Positions 38,917-50,210 of a stretch of DNA of 64,000 bases are shown in pieces. Made by a program: the position numbers and the translations under genes. Origin of the DNA: Macrostomum lignano (Eukaryota). Position 1 is the first letter of the stretch. The number at the start of each line of letters is the position of its first letter. The notes under the pieces were generated by a model. The model did no database searches. It was given only the letters and a program-made list of their open reading frames with translations, and was not told the DNA's origin. The DNA is taken from positions 1-64,000 of the forward strand of contig NIVC01003728.1 in NCBI GenBank assembly GCA_002269645.1. The letters are read 5' to 3'.

Positions 38917-40444
38917 CTGGCACCCTTGCTGCCTTTAGTACCCACTTGGCGCCCAAAGGCAGCTGCCTGATGTCTCTGCCCTGTCTTTGTTTAGTTTATA
39001 GGCCTATAAAATTTTATGACTGTCCTTAGGCCCTAATTATTTAAAATAACAAAAAAGTAAAGTAGGGCCTCATTGTATTTGTAGTAAAAAAATAAATAAA
39101 AACAATAAAAAATTGATAGGGCCTATGCTATAGCACAAAATATATAGGCCCTATGTGTCAAATGGGGCCTATAAAATTTTAATATATAGGCCCTATGACT
39201 TTCATTTTGCTAACAAAAGGCTAAGTAGGCCTAATGCTTATGTTAAGTACTAATAGTGTAATACTATAATATAGTATTATAGTCTATAGTCTATATTGGA
39301 TAAAATAATCTTAATCTAGAACCTAACTAGGGCCTACTAAAGCATTTAGCATGTTAAATTAGGCCCTATGCAGTATGCTTAGTAATATGTTAAAGCTTCC
39401 ACTCGAAACTATAGTGGTCAATAAGTGACAGCTTTAATCTAACTCTAGTCACACCAGTCCATAAAGCAAAGCTCTCCTAGTCGGTCGCCTCGCCGGCAGC
39501 CTCCGGCTCCACTTCACTCTCTCCTCTCCTCAGCAGCCTGGGGCTGGGTCTTGTGCCGCAAATGGAATCACACACAGACACAGTTGAGACAGACAGGAAC
39601 CGCGGGCGTGATGTAAATTCTGTCATTTGGGGCTGAGATCTGAGAAAAGTTGACCACGGGTTTCGAGTGGAAACTGTGTTGTTGAATGTTAAATACTCGT
39701 ACAGATGATTAGGCAATTTAATTAGGCGCTCAGGTTTCTGCGAAATTTACGGCATGCGTAAATTATTACAACAAATCTTACGGCTTAAAATCTTACAGAG
39801 AGAGGCGAGATTAAATTAGTAGCAGAACACTCAAATTGATACAGCTTTCTTGAATGAAAGGTTTGTAGCCGTTGTAATGGTTCGACCCTAAAAACGCGAT
39901 TTTGAGGGAGAACGATTTCTAATTTTTTACCGCATATTCATGGGCTTTTTGAACTGTCGAAGTTTTTTTCCGAAGGACCACTGTAAAACAGGACGCAAAA
40001 ACTCAAAGATGTGTATTTTTTAGGAGGCTAATTTCCTGGAAAAAATACACTGCGGGGATTGGAAAAAATTAATCACTTTTTTATTCACTAAATAATTGGC
40101 AGGTTGCATTCATCTAGGGCAGTGTGAAGATGACCAACATATTAGTCTGATATATTTTAATATAGCTGTGTGCTTGAAAGTTTTCTTTTCATTTTGATTT
40201 ATTTTTTATTTTTTCTAATATTTGTTTATTTTTTCATGGAAAACAATATAAAAAACATTCGGTTTGTCCGAATGAACTTTTTCTGCTTGGGGGGGGGGCT
40301 TTTCTGCAGGAAGCTTTACCACCGTGGTTTCTTTCACAGCAAAGCAATTTACTGTCGAAGTTTTGGGCACCTTTCTGGCGCTTCTGTACATTCTGTACAT
40401 TCTGTACAGAAGCGCTTGTTCTTGTTCTGTTCTGTACTTCTGTA

Positions 40445-41217
40445 CCAGATAGCAAGCATCCCCCCAGATAGCAAGCATCCCCCAGATAGCAAGCATCCCC
40501 CAGATAGAAAGTATCCCCCAGATAGCAAGCATCCCCCAGATAGAAAGTATCCCCCAGATAGCAAGCATCCCCCAGATAGCAAGCATCCCCCAGATAGAAA
40601 GTATCCCCCAGATAGCAAGCATCCCCCAGATAGAAAGTATCCCCCAGATAGTTTCCCTTCATCTATACTTTTTCTTTCTCCTGCCCCAGAATCGCACAAA
40701 ATGAGAGTTTGATAATATTAGGATAAACTATAGCAATCTTGTGCCCATTCGGGGCGGCCATAAGCAATTGGGACAAATATTAATATCCCCCAGATAGCAA
40801 GCATCCCCCAGATAGAAAGTATCCCCCAGATAGCAAGAATCCCCCAGATAGCAAGCATCCCCCAGATAGCAAGCATCCCCCAGATAGAAAGTATCCCCCA
40901 GATAGCAAGCATCCCCCAGGTAGAAAGTATCCCCCAGATAGAAAGTATCCCCTAGATAGCAAGCATCCCCAGATAGAAAGTATCCCCCAGATAGCAAGCA
41001 TCCCCCAGAAAGAAAGATCCCCCAGATACATGTAACTGTAGCAAGCATCCCCCAGATAGAAAGTATCCCCAGATAGCAAGCATCTCCGAAGATATAGCAA
41101 GCATCTCCGAAGATATAGCAAGCATCTCCCAAATAGCAAGTATCCCCCAGATAGCAAGTATCCCCCAGATAGCAGGTATCCCCCAGATAGCAGGTATCCC
41201 CCAGACAGCAAGTATAG
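40445..41217. repeat. 18-bp minisatellite (CCCCCAGATAGCAAGCAT / CCCCCAGATAGAAAGTAT), two blocks
   Basis: Blocks at 40445-40650 and 40787-41217 with two alternating unit types; explains the overlapping repetitive ORFs there. Confidence 0.95.
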
Positions 41218-41261
41218 CTAAGTGCAACAAAGTTCCTCAGCTAATGTAAAATAATCGCTTT

Positions 41262-41480
41262 CTCAGGTAGTGCAATAATCCCTTTCTAAGCTAGTGCAAT
41301 AATCCCTTTCTAAGCTAGTGCAATAATCCCTTTCTAAGCTAGTGCAATAATCCCTTCTTCAGCTAGTGCAATAATCCCTTTCTATGCTAATGCCAAAATC
41401 CCCTTTTTTAGCCAGTGTAATAAATAATCCAGTTTTTGTCAATGCAATAATCCCTTTTTCATCGAGTGCAATAATCATTG
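41262..41480. repeat. 24-bp tandem repeat (AAGCTAGTGCAATAATCCCTTTCT)n, degenerating to the right
   Basis: About 8 copies visible. Confidence 0.85.
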
Positions 41481-42421
41481 TCTCATCAAGTGGAATAATC
41501 CGGCTTGTCTTTAATAAATACTTAAATAGAAGCTTTTAATAAAAAATTATTTTATACTACCAGGATTCAATCCCGGTTGCTGCATCAGCAGTTCAGTCTG
41601 TTCACGTCTAAGGCTCGTCGAATTTATAAAATGAAGTTTAACACTATTAAATTTAACACTCTCATCAAGTCAGTTAGAGTAAAAGTTACACGATTACACG
41701 AAGCAGTTATGACATAATCAATTTCTCAGGCAAATCATGAGTATCAGTCTCAATTAAAGTTAGCAATATGGAACTTACGCAATATAAATCAAGTCTGATG
41801 CTATGCTTCCACACTGCGTTTTCAATTCTGTGATGTAATTCAATTCAGTGTCGAAATTCAGCCAGTACACAGACGATAAAAAAGCCTAGTGTGATGCAAT
41901 CCTTATTCAGAATACAAATTCAGCCAGTCAGGTTTTTCTCGAGCATTCTTACAATGCATTTCAAGTCGAAAAGTCTGCTTGACCTTTGCAAAAACGTATG
42001 TTTTTCGATTATTTAATCCCTTTAGCATCGAGCAGTTTCTTAGCGAAGACACATGTACCGTCACAGGAAAATTTCTGATCGAATGGTGCAAGTTTGAAGA
42101 CAATCGGTTGAGCCGCTTTTCTGAAATCGATACCCACAGACAACTCAGTTTTAATATGTGGGACTAGCAATCAGCGCCCCCTGTTGGGGAGCCAACAAAG
42201 AATGTCGAATGATATATTTTTAAAAAATAAACTACATGTAGTTTCTTACCATCAGACTTTATATCTTTAGCCTTGACATCCCAGCAATTACCCCCTAAGA
42301 GCCACAGCATTTTGCAGTTTTCCCTTGCCGTTGAGGCAACAATTAATTTATGTAACCAATAAAGATATCGATTTCCGGTCGGAGAAAAGAAATTAGGAAA
42401 TATCGGAGAGATTTTTAGAAT

Positions 42422-44412
42422 TGATGGGTTTCGACCTTTCAGGCCCCTTGTGAGGAAAGCCTTCGGGCCTCAGGCCTCAGAAATAAATCACTTAGAGACC
42501 TGGCCCCCCACTCCTGTCAGATGGTCAGCCCCATGGTAGCTTGATCGTGTGGCGAGCAGTCTAGGTCCTATAGCTAAGAGAGGGACAGCGAGAGACAAGC
42601 AGGGAGAATTTTGAAGGTAGAAATTAGCTAATCCGCAGACTAAGCTAACTCGCTGCCACCAGCCCGTGCGTCCTGGCTCACCACACCGGGACTCTTGAAA
42701 TCGGGCTTCCGACTAGAAGGGGCTTTGCACTTACCTGCCGACTAGTGTCTTTTTGCTGTCAATCTCGAAGTCATAGCCGATGATAAGGGACACTGCTGGG
42801 ACTAGATCGCATTGGCCATGCAGGTACAGAGGGGGCTTGTGCAGGGGATTCTTGCAGTGGCGAGTCTATGGGGTAGCTACATGTACTATTACATTGCTAA
42901 ATACGAAGATATGTACTTTTGGCCTTCAACGCGCCAACTAGCCTCTCATAGCGCTGATGATAGACTAACTCGAACTTTAGAGATCTCGCATGATTCATTA
43001 CCCGAGCCGCTTGGCTAACCTAGAGCGCACAAAGTACATCTCTGGCGCCGATTCTGCACTTCTGGCAGTTTTGCTCACTGATTTGGTAGATTGATAGACT
43101 GAGAACTGCCTTGCCATTGGTCCACTGTGACCGGCGCCTACTAGCTTAGCTACTCATCTGAGCCATCGGCGAACAAAGAAATAAAACCGATAAAAATGAC
43201 TGTTAGATTTAACCTTCTCCTTAGTTCACTTCACACTTCAGATTGAATTGGAGTTTTAGACTACTAGCAGTATTATTGAATGATTTCTGCCTCAGCAACA
43301 GCACTACTGAACAAAATGAGCAAAAGTGTGCGCCTAATCCAGCTACTGAAACAGGAGACAGACAGGGAATCACCCAATCAAGCAAGTCTAGGTAGCCTCT
43401 CACCCAACCAATCAGAAACTCAACAGCCGGAGACCAGGTAATCCACAGTGACCGAATCGGCTTGATGCTCTGTAGCTGTAGACTCGGGATGATGCTGATA
43501 CAATCTTCGCTAATAGCTAGCAGGTGATGATCTTCGCTTGATGTTCGCTGCTGACGACCGGGGGATTCGTCCTTGATGATGATGGGGGGAAGTCGCAATC
43601 CGGGGATCAAGAAACGACGGTCGCGCTCCGGGAACCAGAAGTTGCGTGCTGGACCCGAGCAAGAGTTGCGTCCGAGCGGGCCAAAAACTCCGGTTTAAAT
43701 AGCCGCCAACTGGACCGCAGTTTGTTATAATGGAACACGTCGATTCTGATTGGCTGAGCCGTTTTGTTAAAATGAGCGCCGAATTTTCTGATTGGCTAAG
43801 CTTGTTGCTACCCAGAATCACGTGACCGAGAGATCCTATCAGTTCCCACAGGGTCGTAAAAAGATGACAGGTGCGGCCATAAATCACTCAAAGTCGCAAC
43901 AAAATGATTTATGACTTTTCGCGTAGGATTGACAGAAATTAATGAAAAATATACATTAGAAAGCTCTTATTAAATAGAAAGTGAAGATAATGAAGAGAAA
44001 TTGCTAATCGCTAATCCCAAAGTACTTTTAGGGGTAAAACGCATAGCTGTCAAAGCTGTCACACGCTTGAGTGAATCCGAACAATAGGCTCCGACCTCGT
44101 AAATCTTGATGGCCTGTCAAAATGATGAGAAAAAAGCTACCGCCCGCATCCTCTCAGACCATCTGGCGCCCGTCTCAACACTGAGTGAGGCGCAGGTGGC
44201 TGTCAGACCAACTTCGGAAGCGATGATTTACGACCCAAAAAGCTACGCCTATGTTATTATGACTACTAGTATGGCCAGACATTATATCTAGTATAGATTC
44301 TATGACAATTTGCAGAAAAAGGATAAAAATGCCCCTTGCCCACTGTTAGTAGGCAAGTAAGTTTAGAGCCCATGTGCTAGCGCGGGATTTGGGAAAAAGT
44401 GCGTCCTCATCA
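42422..44412 (-). repeat. 3' LTR (1991 bp)
   Basis: Matches 59575..61565; I spotted about 5 substitutions by eye. Confidence 0.95.
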
Positions 44413-44429
44413 TATGCCCCCCCCTATTT
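44413..44429 (-). other. Polypurine tract
   Basis: Minus strand AAATAGGGGGGGGCATA immediately before the TG of the 3' LTR. Confidence 0.85.
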
Positions 44430-46684
44430 GTGAGTTGATCGCAGATTAACTCAAAAACAAAGAAGAAAAATGAGCGCAGTTTTGTACAAAATCGCAGCTA
44501 GCACATCACAAAGTTAGTAAAAATAATAGTTACTCACAAATAGGTACTAAAATATTAAATTAACACGCATCCCAAGAAAGGAAATCCCGAAAGAGAAAGA
44601 ATTTGGGGAAGGGAAAGAATGAAGAAAGAAAGGGATCAAAAGAAAGGTGCTTAAAAATAGATATCGCATTTGCCAATACAGTATTAAGTGCGAGATACAT
44701 GTAAGGGAATAATAAACAGATAAATTATTGCCGCGCGAGAAGACATAGTTCAAAATGTGCGAGATGGGGTAAACAGCGCATGTTCAACGAGACTAAGCTT
44801 CATTGTTCGCATTCGAGTCAGTCTCGATTCTACCTGTTAAGCCTCTTGATGGCTTAATTCTTTTGCCGCGCGGCCGACCCGAGCCAGGATGGGCGAGGAG
44901 CCTGGGAAATGCGTTGCACATTCTCCCCTTCCGCCTGTGGAATCCACGTGCCAGGGGTTGCCGTGCTCATCTGACGGCTGCTGGCGAATGGCGACCCTCA
45001 GAGGATTAAGGGACCCTCGAGTCATCTTTGCTGACTGGCTGAGACGCTGCTGGGGGAGGATGACCTCAACCGCCTCGAGTTCGCAGGGAGATAAAAGCGA
45101 CTGACCACTCGGGTCATCCGCAAATTATCATTTGCATCTCCGAGTCCTGCAACTCTCGCAACAACGTTTCGCGCGCCAGCCAAAGCCTCGCCACTGCCGC
45201 ATTTGCTGACTTCGCACCGAGCCAGACCAGCCTCCGTAGACCTCCAATCTCCAACTGGTAAGTCTCATCTCAGCTTTGCGATACTCTACCGTCCACTTCC
45301 ACTCAATCAGACAATCCCAGACCCATCCCACAGTCTCAGCAACTTCAGGGTACACTCCCTCCTGCTCATTTGCCCATTCAGTGCTGTGTAGGATATACGT
45401 ATATACTTTAAGATGTATTATGAATAGAGTTTCAGATAAGAGGCGGAATAATTTTTAACACTAATGTTAAGTTTTAAAAGTTTCCTTCAAAGATTTTTGT
45501 CTTCAAAACTCCGCTTCAATCGCATTCTCTTCCAAGTTTAGTTCACACAATCCTATTTTGTTTTACACTCAGTATTACTACGTATCAGTAGTATCGCACG
45601 GCCGCGAGTTAAGTTTTCGAATACAATTAAGAATTTCGTATTAATTCAGGCGGACCACTTGTACTTTATTTAAGATTTTACTAGCTTAATCATTCCTAAT
45701 ATTCACCTATATTAATCATCTAATCTGACCTAGTACTAAATTTTGCTTACTATTAGTCTCTTTCTTCGCTTCGGCTCAGTGAGTTTAGTAACACGAGAAG
45801 TCCTACATTTCAATTTTAACTCAGGCCAAGAATCAATTCCAAGGCTGGCATTGCATGTTCTAATTTTGAAAACATTCATGTCAAATTAGGCAAAATAAAC
45901 AAGCAATCACATACACGCACACGACACATAGTTTCCGCCACCATTTGATGAACTTTCTACGAAAAAGGAGAAAAAACGCAAAACACTACTGATATGGATA
46001 CAAATGGCATGACACAACATTTATAAAATGAGCAAGCGAGAAATTAAGCATTTTGGTTTTACGCACATGTAAAATAATGACACAACATAGAAATAAATAC
46101 GCGGGAATAAATAGTAAAACAACAGTGAATATAAATATGGAAATGCATTTTCAAAGCACCAGGGGGGTATTTACAGGGGGATCAGGGAGGGTACCAAAGA
46201 CATTATGAGAAAGCAATTGTTCACGCAATAAGAGGATATATTTACAAGGGGCATAGCAGCACAAAAAGAAAAGAATAGGGGGTTGAAATTTTGCTTTGGC
46301 ATGACAAAAATTTGGTTGAGAATTGAACATGAAAATAGAGGCACAGCTCGCCTACTAACCACTACTTAAGCCGAACGGTTTGAGAAAAAATAGTTTCGCA
46401 CAGATTTGTTCCCACTAAGCTGCAGCATTACTACTATTCATAAATTACTTCTCTAAACAAACTATTACCGTATTAATTTCTTTGTGCCAATATTTCTGTT
46501 CTTAAATAAACTGCTTTTCATAACTTATCATTTCATTCATAATTTTTCTTAAATTCCTAACTATTATTACTGATTAATTTGACCTAATCACTCTAGAAGT
46601 CCAACCTGTTATAATACTTTAGCCAAAGAGGGGTGGGCAAGGGGAAACCGAGTTGGGCCCCAAACCTCAAAGTTCGCAAGGAAG

Positions 46685-47179
46685 TCAACAGAATGGGAGC
46701 ATTTGCCCCAATACTAGTAAATTTCTAGTGTGATAGTCCAAGACAGCAGGCGCGGCTGCCAGAAAAGAGTTGCCCAACAGATGCCTCGTGGCGGGGTCAC
46801 TGGCGACTAAAAACATTACTGGCATGGTTTCAGCCCCTAGGGTGACAATCAGCTTGGACTGACCCACAATCTCTAATCTATGCCCGCTATAGGAATAGAT
46901 AGAGACTGTAGGGGCTTCCAACCTGTCCATGTCATCATTAGTGGCCGCCACAAAGTCTCTGAAGGGCAAGATGGAGACTGCCGATCCAGAATCAATGAGA
47001 ATTCGGAGTGGCAATCTCTCTACTTGAACTTTCACATACACGTCAGCTCGAGAGCTTTTAAATGGCATAGCCTTCCTGGGAACAATGAAGTCGGGTATGC
47101 AACTCACTTTCCTTTTGCCACCATTTGCTAAATTTGCCCTTGAAAGTCCAGAAGAGGGGTGAGTGTGGGCGCCACCCAT
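46685..47179 (-). CDS. pro: Retroviral-type aspartic protease, in the -1 frame relative to gag
   Basis: LRILIDSGSAVSIL (D-S-G catalytic motif), flap-like IYSYSGHRLEIVG, HLLGNSFL; ends in a stop followed by AT-rich non-coding DNA. Confidence 0.92.
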   Translation of the reverse strand: MGGAHTHPSSGLSRANLANGGKRKVSCIPDFIVPRKAMPFKSSRADVYVKVQVERLPLRILIDSGSAVSILPFRDFVAATNDDMDRLEAPTVSIYSYSGHRLEIVGQSKLIVTLGAETMPVMFLVASDPATRHLLGNSFLAAAPAVLDYHTRNLLVLGQMLPFC

Positions 47180-47187
47180 CCCTACTC

Positions 47188-48537
47188 TCAGTTTTCCGAC
47201 CCGGGCGGGAGATAGAAAGAGGGCCGCTGTTTCTGTGCTCCAGGCGCCGGGGTTGGCGGGGGCCTCAAATTCTCTTCTCCTGTACTGCTCTCTCCCTGGG
47301 TAGGAACATGCAGGGGAGGCGGGCGCGCGCGTGCACTGTTGCGCAACTGCGGGGGCCGGTAAACCTCAGTTCTTTCAGTCTGCTTGGCCGAGTCACCATA
47401 AATCGCGTTCTGCCTCAATAGTGCGGGCTTCGCTGACAGATTTTGAGATGAAGGGGGCGGGGGCTTGCCCTCAGGCGGTTGGCTAGCTCGCTCAGTATCT
47501 TCTACCACGGTGAGGTCTCCCTCCCACTGATCTGAGTGGCTTATCATGGCCTGATCAATCCTCTCCGCAACCTGACTCATAGCGCCGTAAATCTTGCCGA
47601 CGGTTTCATCTAGGCTGTTTTGACGCTGCTGTAAATCTGCCAGTGCCTCTTCTACTTCCCTTCCTTCCTCTGACTCTAGCATGCGGACCCACCTGCGTTG
47701 ATATTCTCTGTCGCTGGGGCGATTCTGATCTCTGCTTCTATCGTCCCTACGCTGATCATATCTGGGCTGGTCTCGCGCTAAGCGCCGGGAAATCTCATCT
47801 GCCTCTTGGAGATTCTGCTGCGCTGCCAGCACTTCATCAATGCTGCGAAACTGTTGCCCTAGCAGCGACTTGCGCACATCTGGGGCGATGTCAGCTGTTT
47901 CCAAGTAGGCAAAGATCACCTCCGACTCTAACTGTCTAGGACTCATGTCGGGGTAAGCAGAAGCTATCACACTACGCACCATGGCCGAATAGGCGTGGTG
48001 ATTCTGGCCTGCCTTCTGTTTTAGATTCCGGACCTTGTTCCTCTTCGCTAGTTCTGAGCTGGCCTCTCCTACCTGACGACCTAACCTTTCTATGAATTCC
48101 TCAAAGTCAAGGCCGGGATGGAGGGCAATAGCAAGACTCTGCAGATCTGGGGGGAGGAGCGAGATTACTGTGCTCTTCTTCTGCTCTCTGTCCCTAATCT
48201 CTTCAGATCTGAGTTTGTATTTGACTCTGTCAACCCACTGGGGGAAGCAGGATTCTGCTGGGTTGAATTTCTCAACGCTAATCTTGACACTCTGTGTCTC
48301 TCTGCCCAATCCGATAGCTGCAAGGGCTTGCGCTAATTGGGCTGCCATGTCGGCGGCTTGGGGTTGAGGTGGGGCTCTTTGCGGGGATGACCCGCACTCT
48401 GATCGCTCGGGGGAGCCTGAGCCCTGGGACAAAAAATCGCAGGCAGCTGCAGCGGCGGCTGCTGATCCGTTCCTATTCCCTCTACCTCTTCTGCCTCTAC
48501 CTCCTGACTTACTGGTACTGGAATTACATGTTTCCAT
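47188..48537 (-). CDS. gag: Gag-like polyprotein (capsid-like domain, coiled coil, Pro-rich tail; no CCHC knuckle)
   Basis: 449-aa ORF from the ATG. VEKFNPAESCFPQWVDRV (PEKF-G-W-like), MHR-like NLKQKAGQNHHAYSAMVRSVIASAYP, position directly upstream of the protease inside LTRs. Confidence 0.85.
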   Translation of the reverse strand: METCNSSTSKSGGRGRRGRGNRNGSAAAAAAACDFLSQGSGSPERSECGSSPQRAPPQPQAADMAAQLAQALAAIGLGRETQSVKISVEKFNPAESCFPQWVDRVKYKLRSEEIRDREQKKSTVISLLPPDLQSLAIALHPGLDFEEFIERLGRQVGEASSELAKRNKVRNLKQKAGQNHHAYSAMVRSVIASAYPDMSPRQLESEVIFAYLETADIAPDVRKSLLGQQFRSIDEVLAAQQNLQEADEISRRLARDQPRYDQRRDDRSRDQNRPSDREYQRRWVRMLESEEGREVEEALADLQQRQNSLDETVGKIYGAMSQVAERIDQAMISHSDQWEGDLTVVEDTERASQPPEGKPPPPSSQNLSAKPALLRQNAIYGDSAKQTERTEVYRPPQLRNSARARPPPLHVPTQGESSTGEENLRPPPTPAPGAQKQRPSFYLPPGSEN

Positions 48538-50210
48538 AGTTCGGGCACAACACCAGTTGCCGGGACAGAACAAAAGAATGTGAATCTGAACCGGGGCGGA
48601 AAAAATGAATGCAATTGGCTATTAGCCGAATTTGGGTATCTGCTTCAAAGCAAGACAATGTCACACTTGACTCAAAATTTTTCACACCTAAATTCCTCTT
48701 GTCTCTGCCTTGAATCCGATCTCGGATTTTCTCGAATTGCTGCTTTTAAACTCACTGATTCTCAACTGGGCTGAGGCCACAGCTTTCCGCAGGCTACTAC
48801 AGTCTCAGTCTCTCTTTCTCTCTGAGCGGCTCTTTTTGCTTCCGAATAATTTTAATGGGCTAGCAAATCATGGAGGGTCTCTTCAGCTCTTATTAGCCTA
48901 AATTGCAGGCGCCAATATGTGGGCACCTCATGTGTATTAGAGCTCTCCTGCGTGGTATCGCCACTAGGAAACCGTCCGGGTGCTGCTACGGCTAGACAGA
49001 TTCACAATCCCCATCAAGGCTGATCTTTTAGCGGAACTTGGACGTCTGACCCAGCGCGCCCAGTGGCCCCTCTGTGTAGCTTTCGTCAGCATTGACCGGT
49101 GAGGGCGGATTACACCTAATAAACGATACTCGCGAACAGACAGATAATACACAAGGAGTTAAGCAGGTCCGTAGTGTAGTGTTCACTCCGCAACAAAACC
49201 TTTTGGCACGGTCCCTAAGAATTTTGATCATAGAAAAAGCTACGGGCAGCAGGAAAGTTTGTCAAATATTATGACCCTACGTTATCGGGTCGGGTATTTT
49301 TATAGCGGCGAACCACAGAAGACATCTGTGTCTTGAGTCGGTAGAGTCTGTCCAGACAAAGCTGCGCTCCCCTCCTCTTGCTATCATAAAAATGAATAGC
49401 CACGGCGTTTTCTGCTCTCTGCAGAATCGTTAACCAGAGCGGTAGCTGGAATTCGCACATACTACCATGGCACCGTGTGGGTAATTCTCTCCGCTTTCTT
49501 TACTGTATTTACATTAGATACCCCTCCAATTCTAAGAAAGAACCGAAAGGGCAAAAGCAAACTTCCAAACCCTAAATTCCGCAACCAGGAAAAATTACTT
49601 GTGCACTGGCAAACTGTACTACTGAAAGTAATACCTACACACTTTCCAGACTCCTAGGCTAAGCAGATGGTAAATGTACGAACTTAAAGTAACTTCAGAC
49701 CTCACAATTCTGTACCCAAACCCAAAGTAGCGTGGCTGTTCCCGCGTTCCGGTAGCCATCAACCCCAGACATATTTTTCAGGACATGGATGTCTGACCCA
49801 GCGCATCCAGAGGCCCAACGGCACAGCACTTGCCATTGTTAGCCGGAATACCGAGAATTGCGGTGGGAATTTGAGCTCTCCGTTGCCACTTAAAGCGATT
49901 TATACCACCAAAGCCCGAATAGCGGACAAAAATTCGTGAGAAGCACTCAGATAGAACACCCCGATTTAAATCGAAATGATACTATGATCACACAGTTCGC
50001 TAATCCGACTGTCCCGTACTAATCTGCTCCAGAGTATAACCTTTGAACCCAAAACCCGTGAGGCCCTGCGTATGAAACCAAGGCTTCGCACATCCAAAAA
50101 GCTGCCTGATTCTAAATTTTGCAAACAAGACAAAAACTACGAGCGCTGTCAGCATTCTATAATGAACGTTTTGGCCGAGGAAGCATTACCATTCGGATAA
50201 TGGCCTCTTG

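Noticed and set aside
40170-41230. Repeat ORFs (PPDSKH, GDACYL, MLAIWG)
   Set aside because: Open in many frames because of the 18-bp minisatellite; no evidence of coding
42812-44291. ORFs inside the LTRs (duplicated at 59965-61444), one with a hydrophobic stretch
   Set aside because: Short, no homology recognised, overlapping promoter elements
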